Source of the DNA: Trichoplax adhaerens
Lineage: Eukaryota; Animalia; Placozoa
DNA length: 64,000 nucleotides
Assembly: GCF_000150275.1 (NCBI RefSeq)
Contig: NW_002060944.1
Coordinates: 5,865,102 to 5,929,101, forward strand
Direction of reading: 5' to 3'
In this document: piece by piece, positions 1 through 13,302 of the stretch
Position numbering within the stretch: the first letter of the stretch is position 1
Layout: every line of letters begins with the position of its first letter
Notes under the pieces: model-generated
What the model was told of the DNA's origin: nothing
What the model saw: only the letters and a program-made list of their open reading frames with translations
Databases searched by the model: none
Translations under genes and position numbers: made by a program

Positions 1-2064
1 CTCAATCAGTCATGTCTTTTTTTCAAATTAAATTGTCTAATATCTTATCATTAGTGCCGCATTGAAATCAATATTCAAATTATTTTAATAAAGTATCCAA
101 CTGCTATTCATTTGGCCATTACTATCCCTCATTCTTAAAATTCGGATGCTTTAAATTACAGTCTAAAAGCTCAATCTGGTCACGTATTGTAATAGATCCA
201 TTATGGACTGTTGTAGGTTTATATTTGTTTTAAATTTAGTCGATGTACTCATATGTTCCTTTTATCGACATAGGGGGTACTCTACGCATGATAGTTGACT
301 GAACCTCAATAGATAGAACTAGAAATTAATTTCCATGGTTAAAGCTATATATCAATATCGTATCAGGGAATGCGGTTATTACTAATGTAATAAAACAGTC
401 TTATGAAATCTTAACTGATTAACATATCTTATGATCGGTTGCAATTATTTATGATAAATCAATGCTAAAAGGATAAAGAAGATCATCGTCCGATCAAAAT
501 GAAGTTTTAACGAGAGACAAAATCGACTGATTAATATAGCTGTGAATTTTAACCGTTCAGTTTGAGTGAAATAGTGAAAAGAAACTATTTACTTCCACCC
601 TGTAATTATAATTAAAGAAAATATTCGCATTACTTACGCTGCAATAACAGTATATTCTAGTATCTTAACGAAATAAATGTTAGATAGTAGGTAATCGATA
701 TTGTATAGTCTTTCCAATATGAAAACATTGATCTCAATCTATTGATGTGTATTGTGGTTTAAAACTATCTTTTTGGCTTACTAATCATGCATAATTTTAA
801 TATATTAATTTGAATTTTAGGTAAAGCTATATGACCATTTGATCAATCTATCTCCTCGCAACTAATGTAAAAATAAAAGTTAGTATCTATCTTTTCAGTT
901 ACCTAACAAGATACAGCACTGAAATAATTTATAAATAAAAGACCATTTCACTGCATAATCGAATAAAAATCCACAATTGCAGTTATCTGTTGTCGTACTT
1001 GTAAAGCAATTTACTTTCCAAGAATAATAGAGAAAAATTGGACGATGACCATGTTCTCGATGGGGTTGATGATATTTATGAAATATTGTATAATAGAACT
1101 ATCGCATAAAAGTTAAAAAATAATCTTTTAACCGCGTAATATCTCACATTATACTTATCGATGTAGAATTAAAGATTTATGAAATCTACTATTTATAATC
1201 TATAAGGAATACAGCCATTTTAAGTCTATTCATGTTATTTTTGAGAATTTTAGTGTGCCAATTTTTAATTATGTAGACTGCAACAAATAGATATTGCAAA
1301 AGTCTTCAGTGAATAGTAATAATTATTTCTCAATAAAACAGCACAGTATGGCACCGTAAACTAGCACTCTCTGATCAAATGGATATCTTAATGGAAGAAA
1401 GTAAAGATCCTGTCTTAATTATATGACATAGAAGGTTGTTGACAGATTTGAAGGGTATACTAGTGTATAATAACATTTTTAAACGCTATTGTCTTATGAT
1501 CTATGGAGGAAAAACTGTTAAATGACGGAAAGGAGTATTTCTTTTTCGGCAAATACAATTATATATAGGAAAATCAGACATTAAGCGTAATTGTACATTC
1601 GATTTCGAAATTTCTACCGTATATTAATTGAAGCTGAGGATAGAATTAGAGTTGGGTAAATTGTATTTATAATTTTTCAACTTCTGTGTCTGTTCTTTCG
1701 GAATGGAACAGCGGATAATTTTGATGTTAAGAAGTAATAACAATCTATTAATTATAGGTTAGGTAGTAGACATCAATTAGATAATTATAGGATTTCATCG
1801 AGACAATTGTCCTTGTAATCATACGTTGTTCACAATAAGTTAATAAGGTAACAAAAACAAAGTGTTTAATCAATTAAGAGAATTCTATGCCCATTTTATC
1901 TCCAACAAACTATGATAAATCTACAGTAAAATGAAAACATTGTAGGAAAGAATCTACAGTATTCTGCAAACTACTAAATATTTTGATTAAAATTTAGTTA
2001 CCCTTTCCGATTCAATGTCGTAAAAAAATCAATGTTCGTCGTATCTGTCTTTTACGAACGGATA

Positions 2065-2450
2065 CGTAGAACAGAAGACTACCAATCAGATGAGTAAAAA
2101 TCAACTCCATCAAGTTTGATGTTAATTACTGTGTTTACGAAATCTATTCGAAAGGGATGAATAATACATAGGATCGTTCTGGTGAATAAAAATGAACTAT
2201 ATCCAGTTTAATGTCAGTTACTATGTTCATAAAATCTATTCGAATGACAAATATGACCAGTTCTGAGTGGAGAAAATGAACTCTATCTTATTTAACGTCA
2301 GTTACTATGTTTTACGAAATCTATTCGATGGGAATGAATAACAAATAGAACTAGTCGGAGTGGATAAGAATGAACTCCATCTAGTTTTACGTCAGTTACT
2401 ATGTTCACAAATCTATTCGAAGGAATGAATAACAAGTAGGACCAGTTCTG
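2065..2450. repeat. Degenerate ~90-bp tandem repeat, about 4 copies, intronic
   Basis: AATCTATTCG and ATGAACT..GTCAGTTACTATGTT recur at ~85-92 bp spacing (about 2141, 2233, 2318, 2410). Confidence 0.85.
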
Positions 2451-2582
2451 AATACATAATTTTATAACATGAATATAAAAAATTACCCATTTGACATTCT
2501 ATATACGGTAAATTATGAAAAAATCTTACAACGGTATTTGTCTAAAGTTTCCTTCTAACTTAATCATAACGTAACTACTTAC

Positions 2583-3291
2583 TTCTAGTTTGCCTTCGTA
2601 AATCTGCTACAATATTGTATAAGGTTTGTCGATGATAATAATACGAAGAAATAGGCTCAAATCCACGATTCGATACCGCTCGAACACCGTATCTGTAAAA
2701 TACTTGTATAATTGAATTCGCCGTTAATTGCCATGATCGATCGGATGACGAAAGAATTGCTGCCCTCTTCCAACCATAATAATACATAGTGCTACCGTAG
2801 AGACCTGATGCCTGTGAAACTGGTCCAACTGTACGTGAAAAAGTAGGATAGAAATATTTGTTAGATAAAATAATGGATTCACAAGCATGCGATATGGTAG
2901 GTATATTCCATTCCCGACTCATATACCCCACCACCTCGCAAACTGAATCACATTGCGGTCCAATAAATGCGGATACATTATTACGCTGTAACTTCAAAGC
3001 AGCACCAAGGCCGGAATCGACTGTACAACGCGTATCGGATATTTCAGCTAATAAATTATAATTTGGTAAAAGTGATGCATTAGCATTAATATCTTCAAGA
3101 GCCAAATTAACAGCTGCGCGGACTATCGATGGATCTAGATCATTAAAAGGGACCAAGACGCCTAATGTCAAATTCGTATCTGTCGTTGTAGCCCCAGCAT
3201 TTTCAACGATAGCGAACGACATCAAGGAAATAGCCAGTAGAAAGAATTTCATTATTGATGTTATTGGCGACCTATTGCTATCGACGAACAT
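2583..3291 (-). CDS. First coding exon of a receptor guanylyl cyclase / natriuretic peptide receptor-like protein (ANF-receptor periplasmic-binding extracellular domain); gene continues off the left edge
   Basis: Signal peptide MKFFLLAISLMSFAIVENAGA (second Met at 3252), followed by AAVNLALEDINANASLLPNYNL, DTRC, AFIGPQC, WNIPTISHAC, YPTFSRTVGP and YYGWKRAAIL, all typical of ANF_receptor domains. GTAAGT donor at 2582 just before the ORF stop. TACAG acceptor immediately before ATG 3291 implies an upstream UTR exon. A class C GPCR ectodomain cannot be fully excluded. Confidence 0.8.
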
Positions 3292-6200
3292 CTGTACGTA
3301 ATGTTAAACAGGATAGCTAATTTTAAAGGCTCAAAGTAAAATGAATAAAGATGATATTACACCACACAGTAAAAAACAAACTTCTTGATTTTACTAAATT
3401 AATTGTCCAGATTTAAAGAATGAGAATAACGAACCCACAATAGAAGCTTAGAAGTATAGAATGGAAAGGAAGAACCAACACAAAAACTGTTTTTTATTCA
3501 ATACTTTATTATCTATTTGATCCAAGATAATCATCCAAATTGTAATGAAAAAATAGAAAGATAACCAAGAAAACCCGGAAGAGAAAAATTATCTTCTCAA
3601 GGTTGTAATGATATGATATATAGTTTAACGCTTAGATCACATTACCGTGTAATAATTAACTCATAGGTAGTTTAAGAATTATCGTACTAAACAAGACGAA
3701 ATTCTACGTAATGATTCTATATATGTATAATTATTCATATTCTGTTTTCCGGTTGATTAATAAATACTGTCAATAAGAAATTTTTATTATCTATTATGAT
3801 CTTGTGTAAATAACGGTTTCTTTAATGGATCGAGAACTCCTATTCAACTCAATGAATTATCGAAATAGCTAAGATAATAAGCTAATTCTTAACAAAGGAA
3901 CAAGTATTAAAGGCTAATTAATGATGTATGAGATGATAACAAAAAAGGTAACATCCTATATGATGGAGGTCGTAAAGAATTCGGTAGTTAAATAAAAAAC
4001 ACAACCAGGTAATGGCACAATATCACACAGTCTATCATGGCTACATCATCAGTGTATAACATGCCAGTTACAATTAGCAAACAATATAGTACCAAAGGAA
4101 AAAGTAGGAAACATAACTTCTGATTACATATTAATTTATGTATAACGAGAGTGTACAGCATCGGCAGCTATGATGGTAAATAATGTACCATCTAAGCGTG
4201 GATTGTTTGTTAATTAATCATGGGAACTAATATTTTACGGTAATCAAAGCATATTTCCATAAAACATAATTTAATCTTGTAGTTCATCACTTTGGAGCTA
4301 GCATTACGTAGTTCATGATTAGGCTAAAAACATGGATATCATGGTCTCAACAAGTCATATTTAATCTAATTGATCAATGCGCGTTAGATACATAAATTAT
4401 AACTAGTATGCAGACAAACTTAATCGAATATGGATGTAAATATAGTCAGCGCACATCTTAAAATATTAGACTAAGGCAAACTTTAGTGATCATAACTGCT
4501 ATGCTTATTGGTTAAAATGATGGGATCATGAGAACATTAATGAGGCACAAATCGATGTAGATGCACAGTATGTACTATGCACAATGTAAAACATAATCTC
4601 TGAGTGATGGATGTTGGCAATATATCTTCTAGTTTAGAATATTTCATATTAGTGAGTTTTTAGATTAAATAATGCCGAAGAATGTTGTCGGTAACAATTA
4701 AGAACTTTAGATATCCCAAGAATTGCGTTCAGATTACGCCAATAATGATCTTTTCGATAGTGTTGTGGCTAAAAGATCTCAATCTCTGTTGCTGGTTATT
4801 CTCTATTGCTTCTAGATAATCGGATAGTGAATACATCTAGTACTTTACAACATTAAAACGTAAGGTTCAAAAATTTTATAAATCGATTATTATGAACTTT
4901 GATCATGTTCAATCGTTAAAATTTCTGACTGGATGGATTATGCAGTAGAAGCTGAAATTAGCAGTAGATAGATCGGTTAGCAAATTTTTATACTGATTAA
5001 TGTTATTTAGTTAAAAGTATGCTGATTAATTTTACCGCATTGAACGATACATTATTTATGACATCACATATTTACTGTATAATTTTTTAACATTAGATTA
5101 AGAATAGCGATTCCTCTGAGTGTACGATATTAGTTTCCATGTTATTAATAGCTTTAATACTTCCGTATTCACTCTAGTACGGTAGTGCTTGTCATTTCCA
5201 TGAAGGTAGTTATTAATACTACGCTCAATATTGAATGACTTAGTAACCCCAGCTTCGATGGCTCCTGTTCTAGTGTTAAATTCACTTTTTATTACAGGGT
5301 TATAGGAGAAACTTAGAATTTCAAGGTACTGTATAATTAAACTTTTGAGAAAAATTTTAGTCACTAATTTATTAAATCAAACCATTCCGCTTTTACTTGA
5401 TTTACTTTGTGCATTAGCTCAACATTTTTTCCTCTTCCGCAAGTAGTTTACTTTTGTAGTGTCCGCTAGTAACGGTGGATATACTTGATATGGATGTAAA
5501 GAGCTCGGTAAAATCGCTTTAAAGATCAAAGAAATGTTGGACAAGGAAAATGTCAAGAAGAAAGTTTGCTACATGTGTTAGCCGTTTGTTACTGTTTAAA
5601 TAGACCGGTGTATTAAGTAAATTATGCTATAACAGTAAAATAGTTGAAAAGAATGACGTAGCAGATATACAGTAGTTATCAGATGCAGCTAAAAGTTTAT
5701 TCGATATTGGGTTGATTACAGTAAATTAGTCGTTATAAGGGTTGAATTGGTCAACTCTGGCAATAGTTTAATGTTATAGTCTATGGAATGTCAATAAGGT
5801 TAATGCAAGTGCTATAACCATATAATGGCGTAAGAAATGAGGAAAGGAGTAAAAATGGTTGATAAAAAGAGCAAAGGTGATTTTAACATCAAAAATATAA
5901 ATTTGCCCTTTAGCTAAATAAAGAATAATTAGTAACTAAAGATGGCAGGATTTGATTTATTAAAAGTTAAGTATATTATAGTAGCAATAATTTATTAACT
6001 AAAGCAGATGGAGTGAACAAATTCTGTAGTCCATGCAAAGTAGGACTTGTTTATTATAGAAAAATTGGTCAATAAATCATAACTACCATCTCGTAATTTT
6101 TTGCCCACGTTATTACAGAATGATTGCGAGAAAAGTTAAAGTTATGCTGATACTTGTAGAGTTTTCTTATAAAACATTTATAAAAGTATTATACATGGTC

Positions 6201-8330
6201 CTTTAAAAAGGAAAAATGACTATTAGCAAGCCCACTTGCTATTTGGTGTATTAGCGATTAATTAGTGTTTGACAATGTGTATATAAGCGTATGTAAAATC
6301 TTTATAGATTTATATCGCTGTGGGAGCAACTAGATCAAGACGAATACTTTCAAATCCTTGATAAGTTTCCTTGGGTAGCGCGATTTGTATATGAACATAT
6401 TATGCAATAGGGTTATAAAGATGATATTTTTTTATTATTCTTTGTTAATTTTATGAAATTTATATCGCAACTAATCTAGCCTTGTATACATAATTACGCA
6501 CTGCTTACATTACGAACAACTATTATTTACAATTTTGGCTAAGTAAGCAATACCTTAATAAATCTTTGCAGTAAAATTAATTTCATTTTAGAAGTCACGT
6601 AATTGGTTACGCCTGTATTTTTGTACCCTTTATTTATAATCCTTAACGCTAGAGTATAATTATCCACATTTAATGTGGCTTTTTTCTTTACAGATGATTA
6701 TGGCACTTTTCATCGTCTGTTAATAAAAGAAGAAATTAGTGAGTAGTTTAACTCTATAAATCTTTACAAGTAACTGATAAAATTTTTTTTTTTCACTGAA
6801 TAATATAGTAGGTTAACGATCCCATTTATTAAATACGTACTGCTTAAAATAGCTATGCCCATTATATAGAGTTGCTATTCGCTTCCTAACTGTGAACATT
6901 GGATGAATTATTGATTTCATTAGGAAAGACCCCTAATTTAACTGTATGAATATAAATATATCAGTACTAAAGAGATAATTTTAACAATCATATTTTTAAA
7001 ATTGAGTATATTTAAATAACGATTTTTTAAAATTATATTTCTAATATTTCATTTTATCAAAGAACTGATACATTAATTCTTAGTTAAGCAGTGATAGTAA
7101 AGTATACATTTTATTTCATTGTCACATCATAAATCAGCTATAAAATTGAGTAAATACTCGTAGGACAATAACAACTATTATTTGGAAGCGTTTAACAGAT
7201 CAATATCGACTACCCTTACATGTTATAAGAAAAATAGCAAGACAACAAGTAATTGCAATAAAAAAGGCTTGTTGTATCTCGCTGGAACAAATTTGTTTTC
7301 TTATTGTCGATTTTTTCAAAATGCTTCGTTTCACCTGGTAAATATATGCAGAATGAAAATAAAAGAAATAATCACAATTTTCATAATTGAGTCATCGAAC
7401 AACATTCCAATTAGTTAACAATAGATTACTGTTGGAAGTATACTATTAAGATTTTGCACCTGGTGTATTGAATTTACTAGATGAAGACATAATATTGAGA
7501 TTAATTTTAGAAACTAATCATCATCAACCAAAAATACTGAAATTATAACATTCAATAAATGAAATTTCAGATCGATAGTACAGCGGGTAAGTTTACAATG
7601 TTATTACATTATCAGAAGAGCTATAAACTTACAATACTGTATGCTTAAACACTGGATACCCAATCTAATATAGTAAGCATATATACTCCTAATCAAGTAG
7701 TTATACCAATTATTATAGCATCACAATAATAATATACCAAGTAGGTTTATAGTATTCTTACTGTGATCAGAGTAAAGTTGTAAATTATGAGATTGTAAAT
7801 ACAATATATAGTATAAATACATAATTAAAATGATGTTATAGATATCACCAGCAAATGATACGAATTTTTGAATACAACAAATATTAAAGCAAACATGAGT
7901 ATATACTGTAAGTTCAAGGTATTTGATGTAGCAAGGATTTCAAATACTACAGTATATTACTATAGCATGTATGTTGTATATTGCTCGTGATCAAGCGGTC
8001 TAGAACATTATGTAGTTTCCTTTTTGAGTAAGCTTCAATTTTTATCCAATCATTCAGTAAACTAGGAAAAGTATTAAATAGGGTTTTGGATAAAACTAAC
8101 TTCTTAATGTAATGATCGAATATTAGTACTGAATATTTCGTAATAAAATTTTGTTATGATAAATGTATAATACTCGTACTTTCACTGTAGCTTCTAGAAG
8201 CCCTTAAAATGAACTAATTTAACGTATCTGTCGGTAGTGTATCGGTAATCTTGAAACGGTATTGATTACTAGCTAAATTTAGTGTCAAAAATTAAAGCTT
8301 GAAGGTGTTTTGATAAAGAAAATACCCTAA

Positions 8331-8600
8331 TAATTTTTTCTAACTCTACGGCAAATCTTGTTTATTGAACTTATCTCTAGATGGTTTAATAGCATGGATG
8401 TTATTATAGCTGTAAACCTGATACTGTATGATGATGTATCAATATTTTTTTCTTCCTAACTTCAGTTTAATTTTTCTCTTACGGTAAATCTTGTATATTC
8501 AACTGTTCTCCGGATGGATTTTAATAGCAATGGATGTTATTAATGCTTTAAATTTGATATGATGATATAGCTATATTTTTTATCCTAATTTCAGTTTAAC
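8331..8600. repeat. Two-copy ~135-bp tandem duplication
   Basis: TACGG(C/T)AAATCTTG...ATGGATGTTATTA...CCTAA(C/T)TTCAGTTTAA occurs twice. Confidence 0.8.
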
Positions 8601-10331
8601 TTTTCATAATGATAAAAATTATCAGTTGAATAGGGAGTCAAACTACTTAAAAATATAACATGCAATAATTATAAGTAATGTAATTATACCTTATAGTAGT
8701 ATTCGTTATCGCCATCGGTCTCATTATCACACGATAGTCCTGGCTGGACTTGAATAAATGTAGTTTTCGATCTACCACTAAAAGCCATTTTGTTCATTTA
8801 AGTAAATAAAACTTTAAACTGATTTCATCATATCAAGGATAAAAAATGTCAATTAATCATCCAATCAATTAGCAATAGTATCGGTGCTGACTGTGCTATA
8901 GAATATATTATATTATGTAAAGCTATACGTCTAGCTATTTCATAACGTCAATTTTCATAGAAACAAAGCAGTACTGCATTATGGATCCTCTACAAGATAG
9001 ATATAGGACCATGCCCAGTAAAATCACCATTAAGCCAATTAAATGCCGAGAACAATTACTGAATTATTAACATTGCTATTATAAAATCATACCTTGCTAT
9101 AGGGGTAATATGCGGTTCTTCTATGTCCTCTTACAGTAAAGATTGAATAATGAATAACATTATTAATAACAGTGAAGTATTTAATTTACGATATTATTTG
9201 CCTCTATAAATTGAAAATACGATACAGTAAGCACCGTTGTGCACATATCTCAATTTGTATCAGAGAGTGTTATGCTATTAATGAAGTAAGAGTTCAAAAT
9301 TGAGTTATTGAAGTTATTATTGAAGTCATTGAGCTATTTCCAACTTCAACATAATTCTTTATGTATTCTTAGTATATCGATCACGTTAGCGTACACGTAA
9401 TTTTAGTTGTAATAATCATAACAAGAATAGTATTTTAGTATGCGGTACTGCATACCGACTTATCGATAGAAATGTTTATGCGAGGATCATGACTAAAGTT
9501 ATTCTTTATTAACATGTTTGAGATATTTATTCCGATCTCAATTTACTGTTATTGTAAGGCATCAATGATTGTCAAAGATTCTTTATATCAGTTCATACTG
9601 TAACAAAGCCGACGGTATTTGTATGCAGAGTTGTACGGCTTTACTGTGTCGAATGCATCAATCTTAGTATTTCCAACAGCGAATAGTTGTAACTGTAAAG
9701 CCACGTTGGATGATAATAAAAATTACTTGGGGTTATCCAGATTACTATAGACAGTACAAGCGTAAATACGACAACATCAATGTTAGATCGTTATAAATTT
9801 AATTTAATTGATCTACAAAATGTGGACCAATTCATTTTTATTTTAGTTTGCCTATCAAAATTCAAGTTTAGATCGGATGTTTTTATAATTATTGTGTGTA
9901 TTAAACGACACAGCTTGCATTCTATAATCTCTACTGGTAAAGCTGCATAGTACAAAGCATCTTGACAAAATAGGTTCATCTTTTCCATAGATAGACTGTT
10001 TACACATCAGGAAGCAGTTGATGTCCTTTCACAAATTGAAGTCACGAAAGTATCTTTATGCTTATCTTGCAGTGTAAGGAATAGTACTCATTTTTATACC
10101 GCATTTGCAATATTATTATTACAGTATATTCACTAGAAGCAAATGAAAATGGTATTACATCCTGATTCAAGTAGTGATTCTCTACTCTATCAAGATGTTT
10201 AAACGTCATGCACCTGGTGACAAAGAGTAACATTTACCAAACGTAGTTATATCACGGTAAGAATAGGCAGCAAAATACTTTCGTCTTGATCATGATGAAA
10301 TAGTCTACTTACGATAGCGATTCCTTGTGAA

Positions 10332-10334
<3 letters not shown>

Positions 10335-10374
<40 letters not shown>
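10335..10374. repeat. (TA)20 microsatellite
   Basis: Uninterrupted TA run. Confidence 0.97.
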
Positions 10375-10375
<1 letters not shown>

Positions 10376-10893
10376 TGTACAATAATATAAATAAGTATAG
10401 AACAATATTTATGGACTTTGCTTACAATACAGTAGTACTGATAAGTACTGCCTAGAACGATATATATGGTTTGGTCATTTCATTTCATTTTAAATCGATG
10501 AAATTTGAAGTGTGTACCAGAGCTGTAGATCCAGTCAATCCAATCATCAAAGATAGATCAATTCGGTTATGAGTATCGTTCAAAGTAGGCATTTCTTTTT
10601 ACGACATTGACGTTGATATTGATAGTAGTGGCCATAAACAGTTATTCATATCATTTCTTAAGAATACAATATTGTGTACTACATGCTAGGACAAGTCTTT
10701 CCAATGACTTGTGAATCTCTATTACACCATAGAATAAGCGCAGCGTAGAAAAGTGATTACCATTTCAATAGCATTGATATCCTAAACACGTCTAAATCAT
10801 TCACTTTTACTACCCATGATTTCAATTCAGCTTGGAATCTGGATAAAAATTATTTATTACACTACCATAGCATTGGATAACTTGAATTTTGCC

Positions 10894-11196
10894 TTATCCT
10901 TGCCTTTGCTTATGCCTGGGTTTTTTCTTGCAGATGACGTACAATCGACCTTTCCTTCGAACAAATTTACAACCAGAGCACATAAGCTTTAACGATGATT
11001 TCACTTTGAAGGTTCTGGCATTGAGTTTATTCGTTACCCAATTCTGTTGTCGGAAAGGTGATGCAGAGAACCTTTCTAAATAATTGCAACTTAGTCGTAA
11101 GGCAGTTTGCACGATGCTACTCAACATGTCGTCTTCCTTGTCCTTGTCGGTTGCTTGCCCTTGACTCAGTCCGCTAGTTCTCGTACGGACTAGCAT
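10894..11196 (-). CDS. MRPL36: Mitochondrial ribosomal protein L36 (bL36m), intronless; true start may be the internal Met of [13 protein letters not shown]
   Basis: C-terminal [38 protein letters not shown] is the L36 zinc-ribbon signature (C-x2-C...C-x5-H). It is preceded by a basic, Ser/Leu/Arg-rich presequence-like stretch. Confidence 0.95.
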   Translation of the reverse strand: MLVRTRTSGLSQGQATDKDKEDDMLSSIVQTALRLSCNYLERFSASPFRQQNWVTNKLNARTFKVKSSLKLMCSGCKFVRRKGRLYVICKKKPRHKQRQG

Positions 11197-11269
11197 GGGC
11201 TATCCACTAAACTGACTAGACCAGTCTAACACCGCTAGTACGATCGTCTGTCCAGCTGTAGCAGGCCCT

Positions 11270-11820
11270 TGGTATTTCATACTACAGTATGTACAGTACA
11301 GTACAATATATGACAGTACTGTACGTACAGTACATTGTATTCTGTAACCAACTCCGATCACATGACCAAAGTACAGTACAGTACAGTACTGCACACTAGT
11401 GCTGTAGACGTCGAGCGATTGGACGTCCAACGGACGTTCGATTTTGGACGTTCGGTATGTACGTTCGTTGTCAGATCGGACGTCGACGAACTGTACTGTA
11501 CAGTGTATACAGTCAGTTTGTATAATCCCACCCCAATACTATACAGCACTGTATGTACAGTGTACAGTATAGTATAGTCTTATACCGTACTGTACAGTGT
11601 ACACTATATACTGTAGTGTTAACACTGTACACTGTGTACGTTGGTACGTTCAATGAACGTCCGACGTTCAAATTGGACGTTCGTACGTTCGTTCATTAAA
11701 ACTGGCGAACGTCCACAGTACAGTACTACTGCACACTACACGAATCCGATTTTACTGTACAGTGTACAGTGTACAGTACTATACTGTAGAACTCTTACTG
11801 TACTGTACAGTACTGTATTT
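11270..11820. promoter_or_regulatory. (TACAG/CTGTA)n low-complexity array upstream of MRPL36 with two embedded ACGT-rich clusters
   Basis: Dense TACAG, TACTG and GTACA words directly 5' of the MRPL36 ATG; the same word family occurs at other gene starts. Confidence 0.6.
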
Positions 11821-11892
11821 AGTGGTGAGCGCAAGGCCTATTTTGACACCAGTAGAAACGACTGTCGAGGGTACTCTAGCGCATGCGTGAAT

Positions 11893-12146
11893 GTGGTTTT
11901 ACTCGGGAGGAACGATGCAAATATGGGTTTGGTCAGGGACTGCTAAAGCGAGAATTTTCTCATTAGTAGTCCTTGGTTTTGTCATCCATTTCTAGATCTC
12001 CCATACAGACGTACACTTCTTACCTCTATGGTTTTGTCAAGGGCTTCTAAAGAGAGAATTCTCTCTTGTAGTGCCGCAGTCCTTGGTTATATCACCGACT
12101 AGTAGGCTTCTCCCGCACTTTCATACACTCGTAAGACCACTATTTT
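11893..12146 (+). ncRNA. Candidate structured non-coding RNA (twin hairpins inside a closing stem), family unknown
   Basis: GTGGTTTTAC (11893-11902) pairs with GTAAGACCAC (12131-12140), and CGGGAGGA (11904-11911) pairs with TTCTCCCG (12108-12115). Homologous hairpins at 11923-11989 and 12023-12106 have many G-U pairs on the + strand. TATTTT follows the closing stem. Confidence 0.45.
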
Positions 12147-13302
12147 AGGGGCGTGGCAAGGTAGATCTATTTGCTGGTTGAAAGCTGTTCAGGCTTTAGA
12201 TCATTTAAAATTATCCAGGCATTGACATTAAATTGAGCTCAAATTCCACATCAATAGATCATGACAACCTTGAGCAATTGGCTCTTGATATTTCTATTCA
12301 TTTTTATTACAGTATGAAGTAATTTCATTTCTTTAAAATTCTAATACAAACCAACGGTCTCTGCTACATACAGTATAAACAATAATATTACAGTCATCGA
12401 CTACGACTGTAGAAGAAGTCCTTAAATCTGTCCTACAAATGCAAGAGGCAGCAGCAATAAAAGAAAGCGAATATACACTACCATTTTACATTCAGGGATT
12501 CAACATCAACATCTGGGAAGAAACATGATGCTAATTGGAATATCATGACTATGATATGATTTTCAGTAATAATATTAAGTAACCTTTTTTTTACAAAGGA
12601 ATCTTGGTTAGAAGTATGCTAACATTTCTATTCATATCTACAGTACACTCAAAATAGGTCCGGATCATGCGATCAGGCTCTACTTGAATATCACCCAGGA
12701 TCGATATCATTCATAATGAGTTTCTTGTATTACTTCGGGTATATGTAATAATAAAAATGGGTGAAGTCGTTCATAGGTAGTAATAGGCTACTAATAGCTA
12801 GCAAAACCAACAGCGCCGGTTATACTAGTTAAGCTAATATTACTGATACAGATAGTACAGATCGTTGAAAACACTTCTTAGTAGTAATCAGTGTCGATCA
12901 ATTTTGCTATATTAAACGATTAAATTGCAACTATATAAAAGTAATATCTGTAAAAATAATTTGCCATAAATCTTGATTTTATAATCAGGATACCGATTAC
13001 ACTTTATCCGGTGTACGAAATTAGGAAAGAGAATATGATCGATGATAATCTTTGCGCATTTCATATTCAATTTTGTCTTGCCCAAATTACAATACATATT
13101 ATTTGGCGAATATAGGAGTCTTTGATTTAATTAATCCTATGTTCAAACATGATTGAATAATTGTAGAAGCATTACAATTGCGTAATTGCATAGTTACGCA
13201 GAAGAACTTATATCATGGTACTGAATAAATGTTTACAGTAATTGATTTACTATAGAGTAACCATATGAAATATTATACTGTTTATCTATTATTTCATGAC
13301 AG

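Noticed and set aside
11200-11946. ORFs rich in YSTVQ/TVLYC (also 29140-29685, 40716-40898, 51626-51901, 60921-61112)
   Set aside because: These are translations of the TACAG/CTGTA arrays, not proteins.
11923-12106. Twin hairpins as SECIS elements or a canonical H/ACA snoRNA
   Set aside because: No ATGA/GA quartet at the helix base on either strand, and no ANANNA box between the hairpins.
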